A stretch of DNA of 64,000 nt from Planctomycetota bacterium (GTDB taxonomy: Bacteria; Planctomycetota; PLA2; JAEUHO01), in the NCBI GenBank assembly GCA_965222115.1, contig CBDCTJ010000001.1:64001-128000 (forward strand). The letters are read 5' to 3'. The stretch's first letter is position 1; each line of letters begins with the position of its first letter. Under the pieces are notes generated by a model that did no database searches, was not told where the DNA came from, and saw only the letters and a program-made list of their open reading frames with translations. The position numbers were made by a program, and so were the translations under genes. Below, piece by piece: positions 48,516 through 58,542 of the stretch.

Positions 48516-49120
48516 TCGATACCGGCATAACCCTCACACGCCACCGTCGTGACGAACCGAGCATGACCACACAACCCGATTGCATCCGTCGTGACGTAAA
48601 GGAGATGTGTGGTTAGTCCGTTCTCCGGCGACCAACAGGCAACGCGTCGCGCCCCGTCAGGCATACAAGCACAAACAACGTCCGCCGAACCGCCGATCAG
48701 GTCGTCTCCGTGGTGGAAAAAGCCAAATTTGACTCAAGTTCCGGGGCCTCACCCGGTTGTGTTTCCATGCCTCCCCCGTCTACCATGTTCACCGATTGAA
48801 ACACGCGGCGAGGCACTTAGACAACGTGGGGGCGCTCGGCGTCGCTTAGTTGTGGTCGCGATTCGATCGTAAGCACCGGTGATTAGGTCAATTACGGTCT
48901 TGAACCTCCATTGACGTAACCATCGTGGCCCAGATGGCCTGGGATGTGCCTTGTCCCCAACATCTGAAATCCATCGCAACGCGTAGTCGAAATTTGGCTA
49001 TGCCGAGGGATTGGAACTCGGAAAACGATTCAGATGAAGTCGCCGTCTCGCGGAGGCGTCGAGTTCATCGCAGCGGTTCACATCCGTGCAGGACTTTAGA
49101 ACAACCAGGAGACCCAAGGG

Positions 49121-51175
49121 ATGATGACTTGGAAGAACAGTATCTGCGCAGTCGTCCTCATGACGCTCGCGGGCTGCGGGTGCGATACGGACAGCGAGTT
49201 TTCGTCGCTCGTGACCTCGCCGGCCGTTGAATCGGCGGCGCCCGAAGTAGGGACAACGATTCCTCCTTGCGAACTCACACCGCCTACAAGTGATGCGCCG
49301 GTACCCATCGACGTACTCTTCTTGCTTGACGACGGCGGAACGATGGAGCAAAGCCGCTTGGGTATCCTTCCGGATAACCTTGGCTTTGACACGCGCACCC
49401 GCACAGAAGGCGCGCAAGGCATCATGGCCGACTTCGAAGCGCAAATCTTGGCCGACTTGCAAGCGCGCTATCCCGGTCGCACGTTCGACTTGGCCTTTGG
49501 TGTGGCGCGCTACGAAGACTACGGCGGATCGTTTGCTTCCGATCCGAACGGTCGCAACATTCCCGATGAAGTGGCGCGCCCCTTTATCTTGAATATGCCC
49601 ATCCTTCGTCAAGCCCGTGCCGACTTTGATGCGAAGTTCGCTGAGGCCTTGGCCAAGACCGCGCCGGGTGACGGACGTAAGCTCGACACGTCGGGTCCCG
49701 CGCCCATCTTGGACAACCTTGACCCCAACACGGTGATCGAAGCCCTTTGGCAAGCCGCTGTCGGTGATGGATTCGATGGCAACGGCGACGGCGACACGGG
49801 CGACAGTGGTGCGCCTTGCTCCGCAACATCGCAGACCGCGCCGGGCGACTCCGGTGACGTGCCCGCCGTTACGTGGACTGCCGCAGGCAACGACGCCGAT
49901 GGCCGTCCCCAGTTCACCGCCGCCGACAACGCCGAGTGCGTCGCGTCCGGCAACTTGGGTGGTGTTGGCTGGCGTAACGAAGCCGCGCGCTTTGTCATTA
50001 TGTCGGGCGACATCGCGACCGTCGCGCCCTTCAGTGGCACGGTCCCCGCCAACATTCAGAGCACCGCAGGTGACGCCGGTGGCGGACTTCAGGGTGTACT
50101 GCCCGACTGCTGCCCGCGCGAAGCACGTCTCATCGACAGCACCGCGTTTGACAACAACACGGGCCGTTTCGGCGAACTCGCTGGCAATCCCAGTATTGCT
50201 CCCCTTGGCGCCGCCACGGTGGAAGAGACCATTGACGCGTTGAACGCACTTTGCATTGAAGTCATGGCGATAGGCGCTCCCTTCTTGGTGCCCGGCGATG
50301 TCAAGCCCAACGGTTCGCAGGGTTCCCACATCGAGGCCATCGGCCCCGGTAGTGGTCCCGGCACCTATGGCGATCCCACGCTTACATACTGGACGATGGC
50401 GAGCGCCATCTCCGTACTCACGGGTAGTGAAGTGAGGGCAGTCGATGACACGCTCACCGAGCGCGTGTTCCCGGCGGTGTACAACATCGGCACGGTATGG
50501 CCCTGGAATCAAGGTACTGCTTCGGCCGATCCGGTCACCAACTTTGTGCGTGAAGACTTTGGTCAACTCACCGACGCGTGGTTCGCATCCGAATGCCTCA
50601 CCACGGGTGGTAGCTCATCGCTCAACGTTCAGCCCGAAGACATCCCCTTGCTCTTCTTGGATGTAACGCTCACCCCCATGCCGGGTCCGGGCTTTGGTAC
50701 GGAAGTGGTTCCCACGGTTCCCCTTGCTCCTGAGACCATTACGATTCCGGTACCGGTTTACGTGACGGGACAGACGGCGCCTGCCGGTGCGCGCACCAAC
50801 TTCACCGCCTGGGCATTTGCACCCGCAAGCGAAGAGCTGGCGTTCCCCATCACCGACTCGTTGCCCTTCCAAATCACCATGGCCGTCAATCGCATCGAGC
50901 AGCAGCCCGGTGCCAACCAAGCCACGCACGACGTGTTGCTCGCGCTGTTGCGCGAGAAGCTTGTCAATCTCAATGGCGATGGCCCGGACTTTATCGGTGC
51001 CGAGGCGGTTGCCCGCCTTGAGCTTGAAGAAGTACCGCCCGACAGCACCGAAGAGGTCACAATCTCAACCGTGGTGCGTGGCTGTGGCTTCTTGGTGCCC
51101 GAGCCCGAGGCAGCCGACGTGTTGTTTGGCACACAGCCTTGCAACCCGTTTGACACTGATCAGGGCGCGCCCTAG
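49121..51175 (+). CDS. Large lipoprotein with vWA-like domain and DxDxDG loop
   Basis: Lipobox LAG-C; DVLFLLDDGGTM, FGVARYEDY, EALWQAA.G.GFDGNGDGD, GGVGWRNEAARFVIMSGD. Confidence 0.75.
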   Translation: MMTWKNSICAVVLMTLAGCGCDTDSEFSSLVTSPAVESAAPEVGTTIPPCELTPPTSDAPVPIDVLFLLDDGGTMEQSRLGILPDNLGFDTRTRTEGAQGIMADFEAQILADLQARYPGRTFDLAFGVARYEDYGGSFASDPNGRNIPDEVARPFILNMPILRQARADFDAKFAEALAKTAPGDGRKLDTSGPAPILDNLDPNTVIEALWQAAVGDGFDGNGDGDTGDSGAPCSATSQTAPGDSGDVPAVTWTAAGNDADGRPQFTAADNAECVASGNLGGVGWRNEAARFVIMSGDIATVAPFSGTVPANIQSTAGDAGGGLQGVLPDCCPREARLIDSTAFDNNTGRFGELAGNPSIAPLGAATVEETIDALNALCIEVMAIGAPFLVPGDVKPNGSQGSHIEAIGPGSGPGTYGDPTLTYWTMASAISVLTGSEVRAVDDTLTERVFPAVYNIGTVWPWNQGTASADPVTNFVREDFGQLTDAWFASECLTTGGSSSLNVQPEDIPLLFLDVTLTPMPGPGFGTEVVPTVPLAPETITIPVPVYVTGQTAPAGARTNFTAWAFAPASEELAFPITDSLPFQITMAVNRIEQQPGANQATHDVLLALLREKLVNLNGDGPDFIGAEAVARLELEEVPPDSTEEVTISTVVRGCGFLVPEPEAADVLFGTQPCNPFDTDQGAP

Positions 51176-51188
51176 ACCTTTCACGAAG

Positions 51189-51230
51189 CGTGTGTGGCGT
51201 GCTGCATTACCCGGTAGCGCGCCACACAAC
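51189..51230 (+). terminator. Hairpin downstream of vWA lipoprotein
   Basis: TGTGTGGCGTGCTGC / GTAGCGCGCCACACA inverted repeat; weak U tract. Confidence 0.5.
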
Positions 51231-51468
51231 TTGAACTCGATGCCCTTGCCAGGGCGCATCTGAAACTCAAGAAACTCCGAACGCGCGGTCATCCACAGAG
51301 GATGGCCGCGCGGCTTTCGTTTTGCCCGACCGACCGGCGAGTGGATTCGGAGGATTCAAGCGAATGCGTCGAGTTTGTAAATCGTTGCCTGGTAGACATT
51401 TGTGGCCCCTGCAGAACAGTGGATGATGAGTGGGCTCGGCGCGTTTCGCGCCCGCAGGAGCTACCGCC

Positions 51469-53772
51469 ATGGCCCAGACTCGCTCATCGACCTACTTCGC
51501 GGCGCTACGCGCCGTGCCCATCACCCTTTCGTTGCTCGCGCTCACGGCATGCGGCGGAGGAGGCGGTGGCGGCGGCGGTGGTGGTGGTGGTGGCGGCGGC
51601 GGGGGGGGCCCACCCACCCTCGTCGTAAACTCGGTGATGGGTAGCTCCTCTGTGCTGCCTGGAGATACCTACACCGTGGACTTCACCGCCAACGGAGGCG
51701 GACTCGCCAACGTGACAGTGTTTCTTGATGGGGACGGAAATCTCGGCACCGTGGGCGACCAGTTTGCCATCTTTGGCCCCACGCCCGATGCGGGCGGCGT
51801 TGCGATCTCACCAACGTTTCCGATTCCACCCGGCATCGCGCCAGGCACTTATTCCATGATTATGCGCGTGGACGACGGCGTGAACCCGCCGGTTGACGCT
51901 GTACTCGTACCAACGGTCCTGATCTATCCAGCGTTGGCCGGCGTAAACGGGCCCGCCAACAGTAATAGCTACGGGGTGGTTAATGGCGTTGTGGCCTTCA
52001 GTCGAGGAGAAGTTCAGGACAACAACATGGCATTGAACGCGGATGGGGTCGCAGACGGTGACGCGGTCATGTTTCTCTTCGACACAAACACAAATACCGC
52101 GGTCCAAACCTTGACTACGATAGACGACACGGCGGCGCCAAACGGAGCGCCCATCATCCTTGACGACAACGGGACCGGCCACCTCGCGTGGAAGACATTG
52201 GAGTTTGATGAGAACGTCGATTTTGATGCTGACGGCAATCAAAGCGACACGGTCATGTCGTTTGCAACACCCGCCTTGTCCATGACCCCCACGACCAACT
52301 CGGTTACGGGCGTCAATGCGATTGTTGGAATTGGACCCAACGCCATCATCGCCGAGTACCAAGAGAATCTATTTCGACCGGGCGGCACGAATCTAAATCC
52401 CGCGGGACTTGGAACGCCGGACGTGGACGTACTTGACCGTGTATTTGGTCTCATTGACCCCAATGCGGTTGCGCCACCCAATGATTTTACAAAGCTCAAC
52501 TCGTATCAATTTGCGCGTACCAACAACGCGTTCAAAGGATTCGAACAAAGCCCGTCGGGGGTCATGGCCGCGTTTCAAGTGTTTGAAGGGAGCCAAGGCA
52601 ACAGCGATCTAAATGGTGATGGCGACACCGCGGATTCCATGCTGGCGTGGGCACCCATGTTTCCGCCGGCCCCCCCTCCAGGACTTGTAGGCATGGGCTT
52701 CGCGCCCGCAACGCCCGCACCCAATGTGGACACGGCCGCGCGATTCGCTGTGACCGACGCGGGCCTCGTGGGGTACTACATCAACGAACCGAACGCGGGC
52801 GTCGATCGAAATGGCGACTTTGCATTTTCATGGATCCCGGCATTCTACAACACTGCATCCGGCGTTGAGACGATGCTGCCACCCCCCGTGGGTGGCTTCA
52901 TGGGTGCCACGTCCGCCAACCCCACGATGTGGTTTTCAGGGCCGCTCATGCTCTTCAGTGTCAGTGAACTCATCGTGGGCCCCGCCGCCGACCTCAATGG
53001 GGACTTCGATCCCTTCGATCAAGAGATCCTGTGCTGGACCGATACGTCGTTGGGCGCAGGCGCCACATCAACCACCTTGAATGTTGCCGGCGTGCCGGGC
53101 ATGGGAACCCTTCAGTCGATCAGCGTACAAGGCGGCGCGGTGCGCCCACTCGACGGCACGTGGTTCGGCGTGGTCGTTCAAGAGAACGCCAACGGCGGAG
53201 TTGACATCAATGGCAACGGAACCGTTGACACGGCGTTTCTCTTGGTGAACGCAGTCCTTCCCGCGCCGCAAGTGTTCAACCCCATGCTCAACACGTTGCC
53301 CATGCCCGCACTTGGCAACATTCCCGATACCGGCATTGCCGACGGCGGCGGCGTCCTGGTGCGCATCCAAGAAAACCTCAATGGAGGCGACCGTGACGGC
53401 GATGGCAATGGTGCCGAGTTGCTATTTACCTACTTGCCCTTCTTCTCCCCCACGACGCCCATCTTCTTGGATGCCGGTGGCGACTTTGCGCATCTGGAAG
53501 GCGGGCACATCGCAGTAACTGCGTTTGAATCCAACACGGGCGAAGACTACGACGGCAACGGCAACACGACCGACCACGTGTTCCGCGTCTTCGACACGTT
53601 GGGCAACGTTGTGGAGCCCGGAATTTCGTCAACCCAATTCTCCCAACCTACAACGGACGCGGCCGGAAGTGTCTGGGCATTCCTGCGCATAGAATCGGTC
53701 GGCGGCATTACGCAGGACCTAAACGGCGACGGTGATACGACGGATTTGATCCTGGGTATCTGGAGGCCGTAA
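51469..53772 (+). CDS. Lipoprotein: poly-Gly linker, Ig-like domain, about 10 DxNGDG-type calcium-loop repeats
   Basis: AGGAG RBS; lipobox LTA-C; 19 Gly; repeats DFDADGN, DLNGDGDTAD, DRNGDF, DLNGDFD, DINGNG, DRDGDGN, DYDGNGN, DLNGDGDTTD. Confidence 0.85.
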   Translation: MAQTRSSTYFAALRAVPITLSLLALTACGGGGGGGGGGGGGGGGGGGPPTLVVNSVMGSSSVLPGDTYTVDFTANGGGLANVTVFLDGDGNLGTVGDQFAIFGPTPDAGGVAISPTFPIPPGIAPGTYSMIMRVDDGVNPPVDAVLVPTVLIYPALAGVNGPANSNSYGVVNGVVAFSRGEVQDNNMALNADGVADGDAVMFLFDTNTNTAVQTLTTIDDTAAPNGAPIILDDNGTGHLAWKTLEFDENVDFDADGNQSDTVMSFATPALSMTPTTNSVTGVNAIVGIGPNAIIAEYQENLFRPGGTNLNPAGLGTPDVDVLDRVFGLIDPNAVAPPNDFTKLNSYQFARTNNAFKGFEQSPSGVMAAFQVFEGSQGNSDLNGDGDTADSMLAWAPMFPPAPPPGLVGMGFAPATPAPNVDTAARFAVTDAGLVGYYINEPNAGVDRNGDFAFSWIPAFYNTASGVETMLPPPVGGFMGATSANPTMWFSGPLMLFSVSELIVGPAADLNGDFDPFDQEILCWTDTSLGAGATSTTLNVAGVPGMGTLQSISVQGGAVRPLDGTWFGVVVQENANGGVDINGNGTVDTAFLLVNAVLPAPQVFNPMLNTLPMPALGNIPDTGIADGGGVLVRIQENLNGGDRDGDGNGAELLFTYLPFFSPTTPIFLDAGGDFAHLEGGHIAVTAFESNTGEDYDGNGNTTDHVFRVFDTLGNVVEPGISSTQFSQPTTDAAGSVWAFLRIESVGGITQDLNGDGDTTDLILGIWRP
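51553..51609 (+). repeat. GGN trinucleotide tract encoding 19 glycines
   Basis: ggc gga gga ggc ggt ggc ... ggg ggg ggc. Confidence 0.9.
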
Positions 53773-53780
53773 AGGCGCTC

Positions 53781-54160
53781 GATACGAAGTCGGGGCAACG
53801 TTCGCACTTTTTGAGTCGTAGTTGCCTGACCTCACGCAGAGCCGCAGTGGTGCCGAGGCGCGGAGAGCGCAAGCGTTGGTGGAAGCCGTATGGCGAGTTC
53901 GTACGCAACCTGTTGGGGAGCGCGTCTTGAAAGAAGAAGGCTCTTACGATGGACACCGAGATCACCAAGCGCGACTGTTTAGGGGCAAACTTGCCGGCTT
54001 GTAATCGGTTGCATCCCAAGAATTGAAATTAGGGCATTCGATCTTAGGCGGCGCGCCTCGAATCAAAGCCGGCCATGAGAGCGAGGTCTTTACTCTGCGC
54101 CTCTGCGTGAGGTCAAACACCTACGACCCGAAACGTGTGGATTTTGTCTTGACACCGTAC
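53781..54160. mobile_element. MITE/REP-like non-coding element with 66-bp imperfect terminal inverted repeats
   Basis: 53782-53847 vs reverse complement of 54095-54160: 49/66 identical without gaps (hand count), core TGACCTCACGCAGAG; lies between convergent genes; related copies at 32616 and 42480. Confidence 0.65.
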
Positions 54161-54177
54161 GGGGCTACGACGCGGCA

Positions 54178-55731
54178 CTAAAACTCAAAGAACGCAATCA
54201 CCGCATGAATGAACACGACCGCTACCAGCGCCCAAAGCAACGTTTTGTGGATGCCCTCGATGACTTGTTTGGAGTTTCGCTTGGGACGTATGCCAATGCG
54301 AAAGGCAATCGCCGCTACGGCAAGCGCGCAAAGACCGACTTTGACGGCGATCCACACGAAATGACCGGCTTCGAGTTCGCGCGTAAAGTTGGCGGCGAAA
54401 AAGCGAACACTAAAACCGGGGTGAAGCACTAGATACACGAGCATCGACATGAAACCCGCGGCCGCAATCGAAGTAACGGTTGTGAGCCATGAGGCGAGAA
54501 TCTGCCCAAGAGCCGTGGGTTGGAGCAAGTGCCGTCGCAGCGGTATACGCATTAACCGCAGTGCGTCCACCTGGCGAGTCAAACTCATATGCCCGATATG
54601 AGCCGCCGCCGCGGCGCCGAGTTTGGCGGCGAGCAAAACCGACACCATCATCGGCATGGCAATGCGTGTGAACACCATGCCAAGCCCGGCCAATAGATCG
54701 TCTTGCACGAGTGGTCCGGTGTACTTGCGCTTAGGCAGGTGCTCAAAGAGGAAGTACGTTCCGGTGAGTGCCACCATCAGCGCACATGTTCCCGTGAACA
54801 TCACGACGCCCAGGCGCACATCTCGGCGCAACACGTGGCGAAAGCGCGGTCCATCGAGCGGATGGGCCATGCGCGCAAGCCCAATTGGAAGCGCCGCAAG
54901 CGAGCCCAGATCGGCGCCCGCATCGGCTAATGCCAACGACGCCTTGCGCCAACGATGCGCTGCGCGTGCTGCCAAGGACGCACGCTTGGGGGGCGCCTCC
55001 AGCGCAGGCTCACGCACTTCCATGATTTCTTCAACGCGGGCCCAAGACTCTGGGTTGGCATCGAAGCGGCGCAATACGCGATCGCGAGGATCAAGCACGA
55101 GGATGACATCCACCGCACCGCGAAACGCTTCGTAGTCGTGTGAAATGGCAAGGCTCAAGCGTCGATGGCTGTCTTGAAAGGCGCCTAGAACACTCTTGAC
55201 GGCCGCAGGATCAAGTCCCGTGGTGGGCTCGTCATAGACCAGCACCTGGGCGCCACGAAGTAGCGTGCGGCAAATCGCAATACGCATGCGTTCGCCACCG
55301 GAGCACTCATGGACCTTGCGTTCCAAGTGGTCGAGACCGAGGCTTGAGGCCAACGCGGATCGCTCCTCCGGATCGTCACTTCCGAAGCGCAGATTTTGGT
55401 CCACCGTCAAGTCGTCGAATAAGCCGAGCGCATGCAATTGAAATACTGCGCCCAATTGCATATCCATGAATTCGGGTGAGGCGCCCAACAATTCGTCGCC
55501 TTGAAAGGTGAGCGAGCCTTCCACACGCAAACCCGGTGTAGCCGGACCGGCGAAACCAAAGATGAGGTCAGTAAAGAGCGACTTACCACTACCCGATGGA
55601 CCCACCAGCAACACACGTTCGCCTTCGCGCAACTCAATGTCGCTGGGCGCAATGAGCATGCGTCCTTGTACATCCACGCGAAGTCCGCGCGCGCGCAGCA
55701 GCACGCCTTCCGATGGTGATGAGGACGTCAC
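54178..55731 (-). CDS. Fused ABC ATPase (MlaF-like) plus MlaE-family permease
   Basis: Walker A GPSGSGKS, signature CSGGERMR, Walker B LVYDEPTTGLDP, ISHD; MlaE-like PMMVSVLLAAKLGAAAAAHIGHMSLTRQVDALRLM. Confidence 0.88.
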   Translation of the reverse strand: MTSSSPSEGVLLRARGLRVDVQGRMLIAPSDIELREGERVLLVGPSGSGKSLFTDLIFGFAGPATPGLRVEGSLTFQGDELLGASPEFMDMQLGAVFQLHALGLFDDLTVDQNLRFGSDDPEERSALASSLGLDHLERKVHECSGGERMRIAICRTLLRGAQVLVYDEPTTGLDPAAVKSVLGAFQDSHRRLSLAISHDYEAFRGAVDVILVLDPRDRVLRRFDANPESWARVEEIMEVREPALEAPPKRASLAARAAHRWRKASLALADAGADLGSLAALPIGLARMAHPLDGPRFRHVLRRDVRLGVVMFTGTCALMVALTGTYFLFEHLPKRKYTGPLVQDDLLAGLGMVFTRIAMPMMVSVLLAAKLGAAAAAHIGHMSLTRQVDALRLMRIPLRRHLLQPTALGQILASWLTTVTSIAAAGFMSMLVYLVLHPGFSVRFFAANFTRELEAGHFVWIAVKVGLCALAVAAIAFRIGIRPKRNSKQVIEGIHKTLLWALVAVVFIHAVIAFFEF

Positions 55732-56945
55732 TTGGATTCCGACTCCGATGCGGGTGATGTCGGCTCCGGCGACGCTGGCTCCGGAAAGGACGGCGCTTGA
55801 CGCTCTTCATCTCGATGGAGCAATAGCAGTGCGGTCTTCTTATTCAGAAGATTGTGCCGAAGCATGCTGGTAAAGCGGATGCGAAAGCCGCCGTGGGGCG
55901 ATTCGATGAATGTGTCGGCGGCGCGGCGCATAAGCACCTGGCCGTCCTTTTCGAGTCGCTTTCCGTGGCGTTCAAGAATCGGCTGCATGAGTTCATCGCG
56001 GAATGCGTGCCAAAGTTCGCCGGTGACCCATTCCTGCAAGGCACCGCCGTGCTCGCCGAGGCCCTCACCCACCTCGCTAAACACGCGCTTTTGATTGGCG
56101 CTCCACCATTCAAGCGATGCGTCACGTGCAACGGGCACAACTTCATCCTTGAGCCCCTTCGCGTCGCCGCTTACGACCTTCACGAGTAGCCCGAGACGAT
56201 CCAGCAGATCAAACTTCTTCTTGATGCGCTTGGTCACGTGGTTGGCGAGGTTATCGAGCAACGGCTCGAGTCGAGCGAACAGCGTTTTGCCAATCGATTG
56301 AAAGAGCTGCTTGGCTTCTGTGTCTTCCGTGGGATTGATGCGTTTCAAAAACGACGGCAACTGCTTCTCGGCTTCCGGAAGGATGGCTTCCTTCCACGTG
56401 AGCTTCATGCGCTCAGCGGCGAATGCCGCGAATTCACGGGCCGCCTCTTCGGGCACCGCCAATCGAAATGCCTCGCCAAGCTTTCGACTGGGAGGAAAGC
56501 CTTCGATGCGCCAAGGTCCTTCGGCTGCCACCTGGGGCGCGAAGCGAATGCGGATACGCACCCCCTGCGCCTTTACGTCGCGGTCCTCATCCTTGGCCAC
56601 CACAAGATTGGGGGTGACCTCCACCACATGACCGATGGGGCGCGCCGCCCCCTGTTCATCAAAGCCGTAGACGGGAAGCCCCTTGTGAACGCCTTTTGAA
56701 AAGGGGAGCGAAATCACAATGTCGTCATCGCGTTCGCCATCAAACGCGCTACCCACGGCGGCGCTCACGCGCGATACAGCACGCGTAAATGTGGGACGCG
56801 TCACGCCAACAAGCGTCGCAATGCCAAGCGTGCCAAGAAGCAGGCTCCCCATGGCAACTCGACGCCCCTCGCTCCGCCGCGCTCGAACGAGCGGTGACGG
56901 GACAGGCGGCGTGTCCGATTGTTCGTCGCTACTTGGCGGCGTCAT
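55728..56945 (-). CDS. Divergent MCE/MlaD-like protein with long helical C-terminus
   Basis: One TM, then FSKGVHKGLPV...PIGHVVEV resembling the MCE motif; GTGA overlap with ABC-permease fusion; start approximate. Confidence 0.65.
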   Translation of the reverse strand: MTPPSSDEQSDTPPVPSPLVRARRSEGRRVAMGSLLLGTLGIATLVGVTRPTFTRAVSRVSAAVGSAFDGERDDDIVISLPFSKGVHKGLPVYGFDEQGAARPIGHVVEVTPNLVVAKDEDRDVKAQGVRIRIRFAPQVAAEGPWRIEGFPPSRKLGEAFRLAVPEEAAREFAAFAAERMKLTWKEAILPEAEKQLPSFLKRINPTEDTEAKQLFQSIGKTLFARLEPLLDNLANHVTKRIKKKFDLLDRLGLLVKVVSGDAKGLKDEVVPVARDASLEWWSANQKRVFSEVGEGLGEHGGALQEWVTGELWHAFRDELMQPILERHGKRLEKDGQVLMRRAADTFIESPHGGFRIRFTSMLRHNLLNKKTALLLLHRDEERQAPSFPEPASPEPTSPASESESK

Positions 56946-58542
56946 CCTGCTCGCCACGTTCCCCTTCGTCCTTTGGCGCCTCCTTCTTCTTACTGGCTTC
57001 ACTCCGATTGGGATCGTCGTCGTTCGCACTTGACCGAATGAACTTGGCTGTGGTCACGCGGTAGTTCTTCGCAATACGTTCATCGATCGCCTTGAGCTCA
57101 TTCGCGGGAATCGCAATGTCGCTTTCCAATCCCTCAAGTTGAAGTACGTGAAACTCGCCCTGGGGTGATTTGAGGGCCTCCTCGACGTCGCCAATCGTGA
57201 GAATGCGCTTGCCATTGACCGAACGCAATGCGTGATTGCGCATAGTCTCAAAGCCTTTGTTGGACGGATCCGGTAGGACGTGATCGAGAATCACAATGCG
57301 TCGCCCGGGCTCCCCCGTATCCCACCCATCGCGTTCCGACAATCGACGAATGATGTCGGCGCCACCGCCGCGCCCCGAACTCATCCCGCCGTGCATTTGC
57401 AAAATGACGTAACCGCCCACCACCAAGAATTCGGTACGGCCATCGTCTGCAGATTCCGGAATCAGCTCGTGTTCAGGGGCACGCTTGCCCAGCTTGAGTG
57501 TGACATCTTTGGCCGCACCGTCCCGCAGGACGCGCACCGTGACGGAATCACCTGCGTGGCGTTGGCCGCGCAGCAGATACCAGAAGTAGAGTCGTCCATG
57601 AACCTTGTGGCGAAACATACCTTCGTCGTCGATATCGTAACCATCGACATGGGTAACGACATCGCCCGGTTGAAACGTGCCATGGCCGATGTAACCCGGT
57701 GTCACGCGTGAAATAACCACACCGTGTTCACTGTCGGGAACCTTGAAATGCTTCCGAAGATCGTCGCGCATGAGGTAGTGAATCCACTGCCCGCGACCGG
57801 GAAGTCCGGCGTAGTGACCATCGGCAAGATCGTCGAGGTAGTGGCGGATGGAATCCAGCGAGAGAACCGTGGCCTCCTGCCGAAACCGATTCGTACTCTG
57901 AACCATCCCCACGAGCTTGCCATCGCGCATCACCGCTTGACCATCGCCCGAATCTGACAGTGTCGTCTTGCAGCGGTTTACAAGCGTGTTGCGCATGGCT
58001 TCAACGCGCGCGACGGTGGCCTTGTAGCGCTCCACCATGTTGTCTTGCCCGAGCTGCGCGACGTCCAACGCATCGTCGAGCTTTGCCGACACGCCGAGCG
58101 CTAACGGCTTGAGGCGTTCTTTGAGTTCCTCGTCCAGCACGTCCACCAGCGCAAGCCCCATGTCGCGATCTTTGTGGTGGAGCTTGGCCTCAAAACGGCG
58201 CGTGCTATTAGCCTCCATGACCTCAATAGAAATGGCACGTGACACGAGTCGCGAAAACGTAAGGATGCGACCCGGCGCCACCACCACACCGCGACCCAAA
58301 CGCGTGCTCACCGACGTCTTGCGCCACGGCTCCCGCAGGTCATAGCCTTGACTCGTAACGCGCAACTTCACAAGCGCGGAACGTAACAACGCCGCCTCGT
58401 CACCCGCGGTGGGCTCGGGCGCGGGTTTGGCGGGTGTTTCCTTTGCCTGCGCCCTAGGCGCAAGTGCAATCGCGCCTACCACCGCCAACATGAATAGAAG
58501 ACAACGTCGTTGCGCCGATAGTGACGATCGCTGACCGCTCAT
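56929..58542 (-). CDS. Deg/HtrA-family PDZ protease homolog lacking catalytic His and Ser
   Basis: Paralog of upstream protease; ILTFSRLVS replaces LVSNAHVVS and LSDSGDGQAV replaces INPGNSGGPV; two PDZ-like regions; signal peptide. Confidence 0.8.
   Translation of the reverse strand: MSGQRSSLSAQRRCLLFMLAVVGAIALAPRAQAKETPAKPAPEPTAGDEAALLRSALVKLRVTSQGYDLREPWRKTSVSTRLGRGVVVAPGRILTFSRLVSRAISIEVMEANSTRRFEAKLHHKDRDMGLALVDVLDEELKERLKPLALGVSAKLDDALDVAQLGQDNMVERYKATVARVEAMRNTLVNRCKTTLSDSGDGQAVMRDGKLVGMVQSTNRFRQEATVLSLDSIRHYLDDLADGHYAGLPGRGQWIHYLMRDDLRKHFKVPDSEHGVVISRVTPGYIGHGTFQPGDVVTHVDGYDIDDEGMFRHKVHGRLYFWYLLRGQRHAGDSVTVRVLRDGAAKDVTLKLGKRAPEHELIPESADDGRTEFLVVGGYVILQMHGGMSSGRGGGADIIRRLSERDGWDTGEPGRRIVILDHVLPDPSNKGFETMRNHALRSVNGKRILTIGDVEEALKSPQGEFHVLQLEGLESDIAIPANELKAIDERIAKNYRVTTAKFIRSSANDDDPNRSEASKKKEAPKDEGERGEQDDAAK

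Noticed and set aside
48998-50566. 522-aa minus-strand ORF (also 794-1822, 7694-8635, 58521-59768)
   Set aside because: Antisense shadows of well-supported genes in high-GC DNA, with no motifs of their own
51601-51608. G8 tract as a phase-variation switch
   Set aside because: Short, in frame and explained by Gly codons; no evidence of slippage without reads
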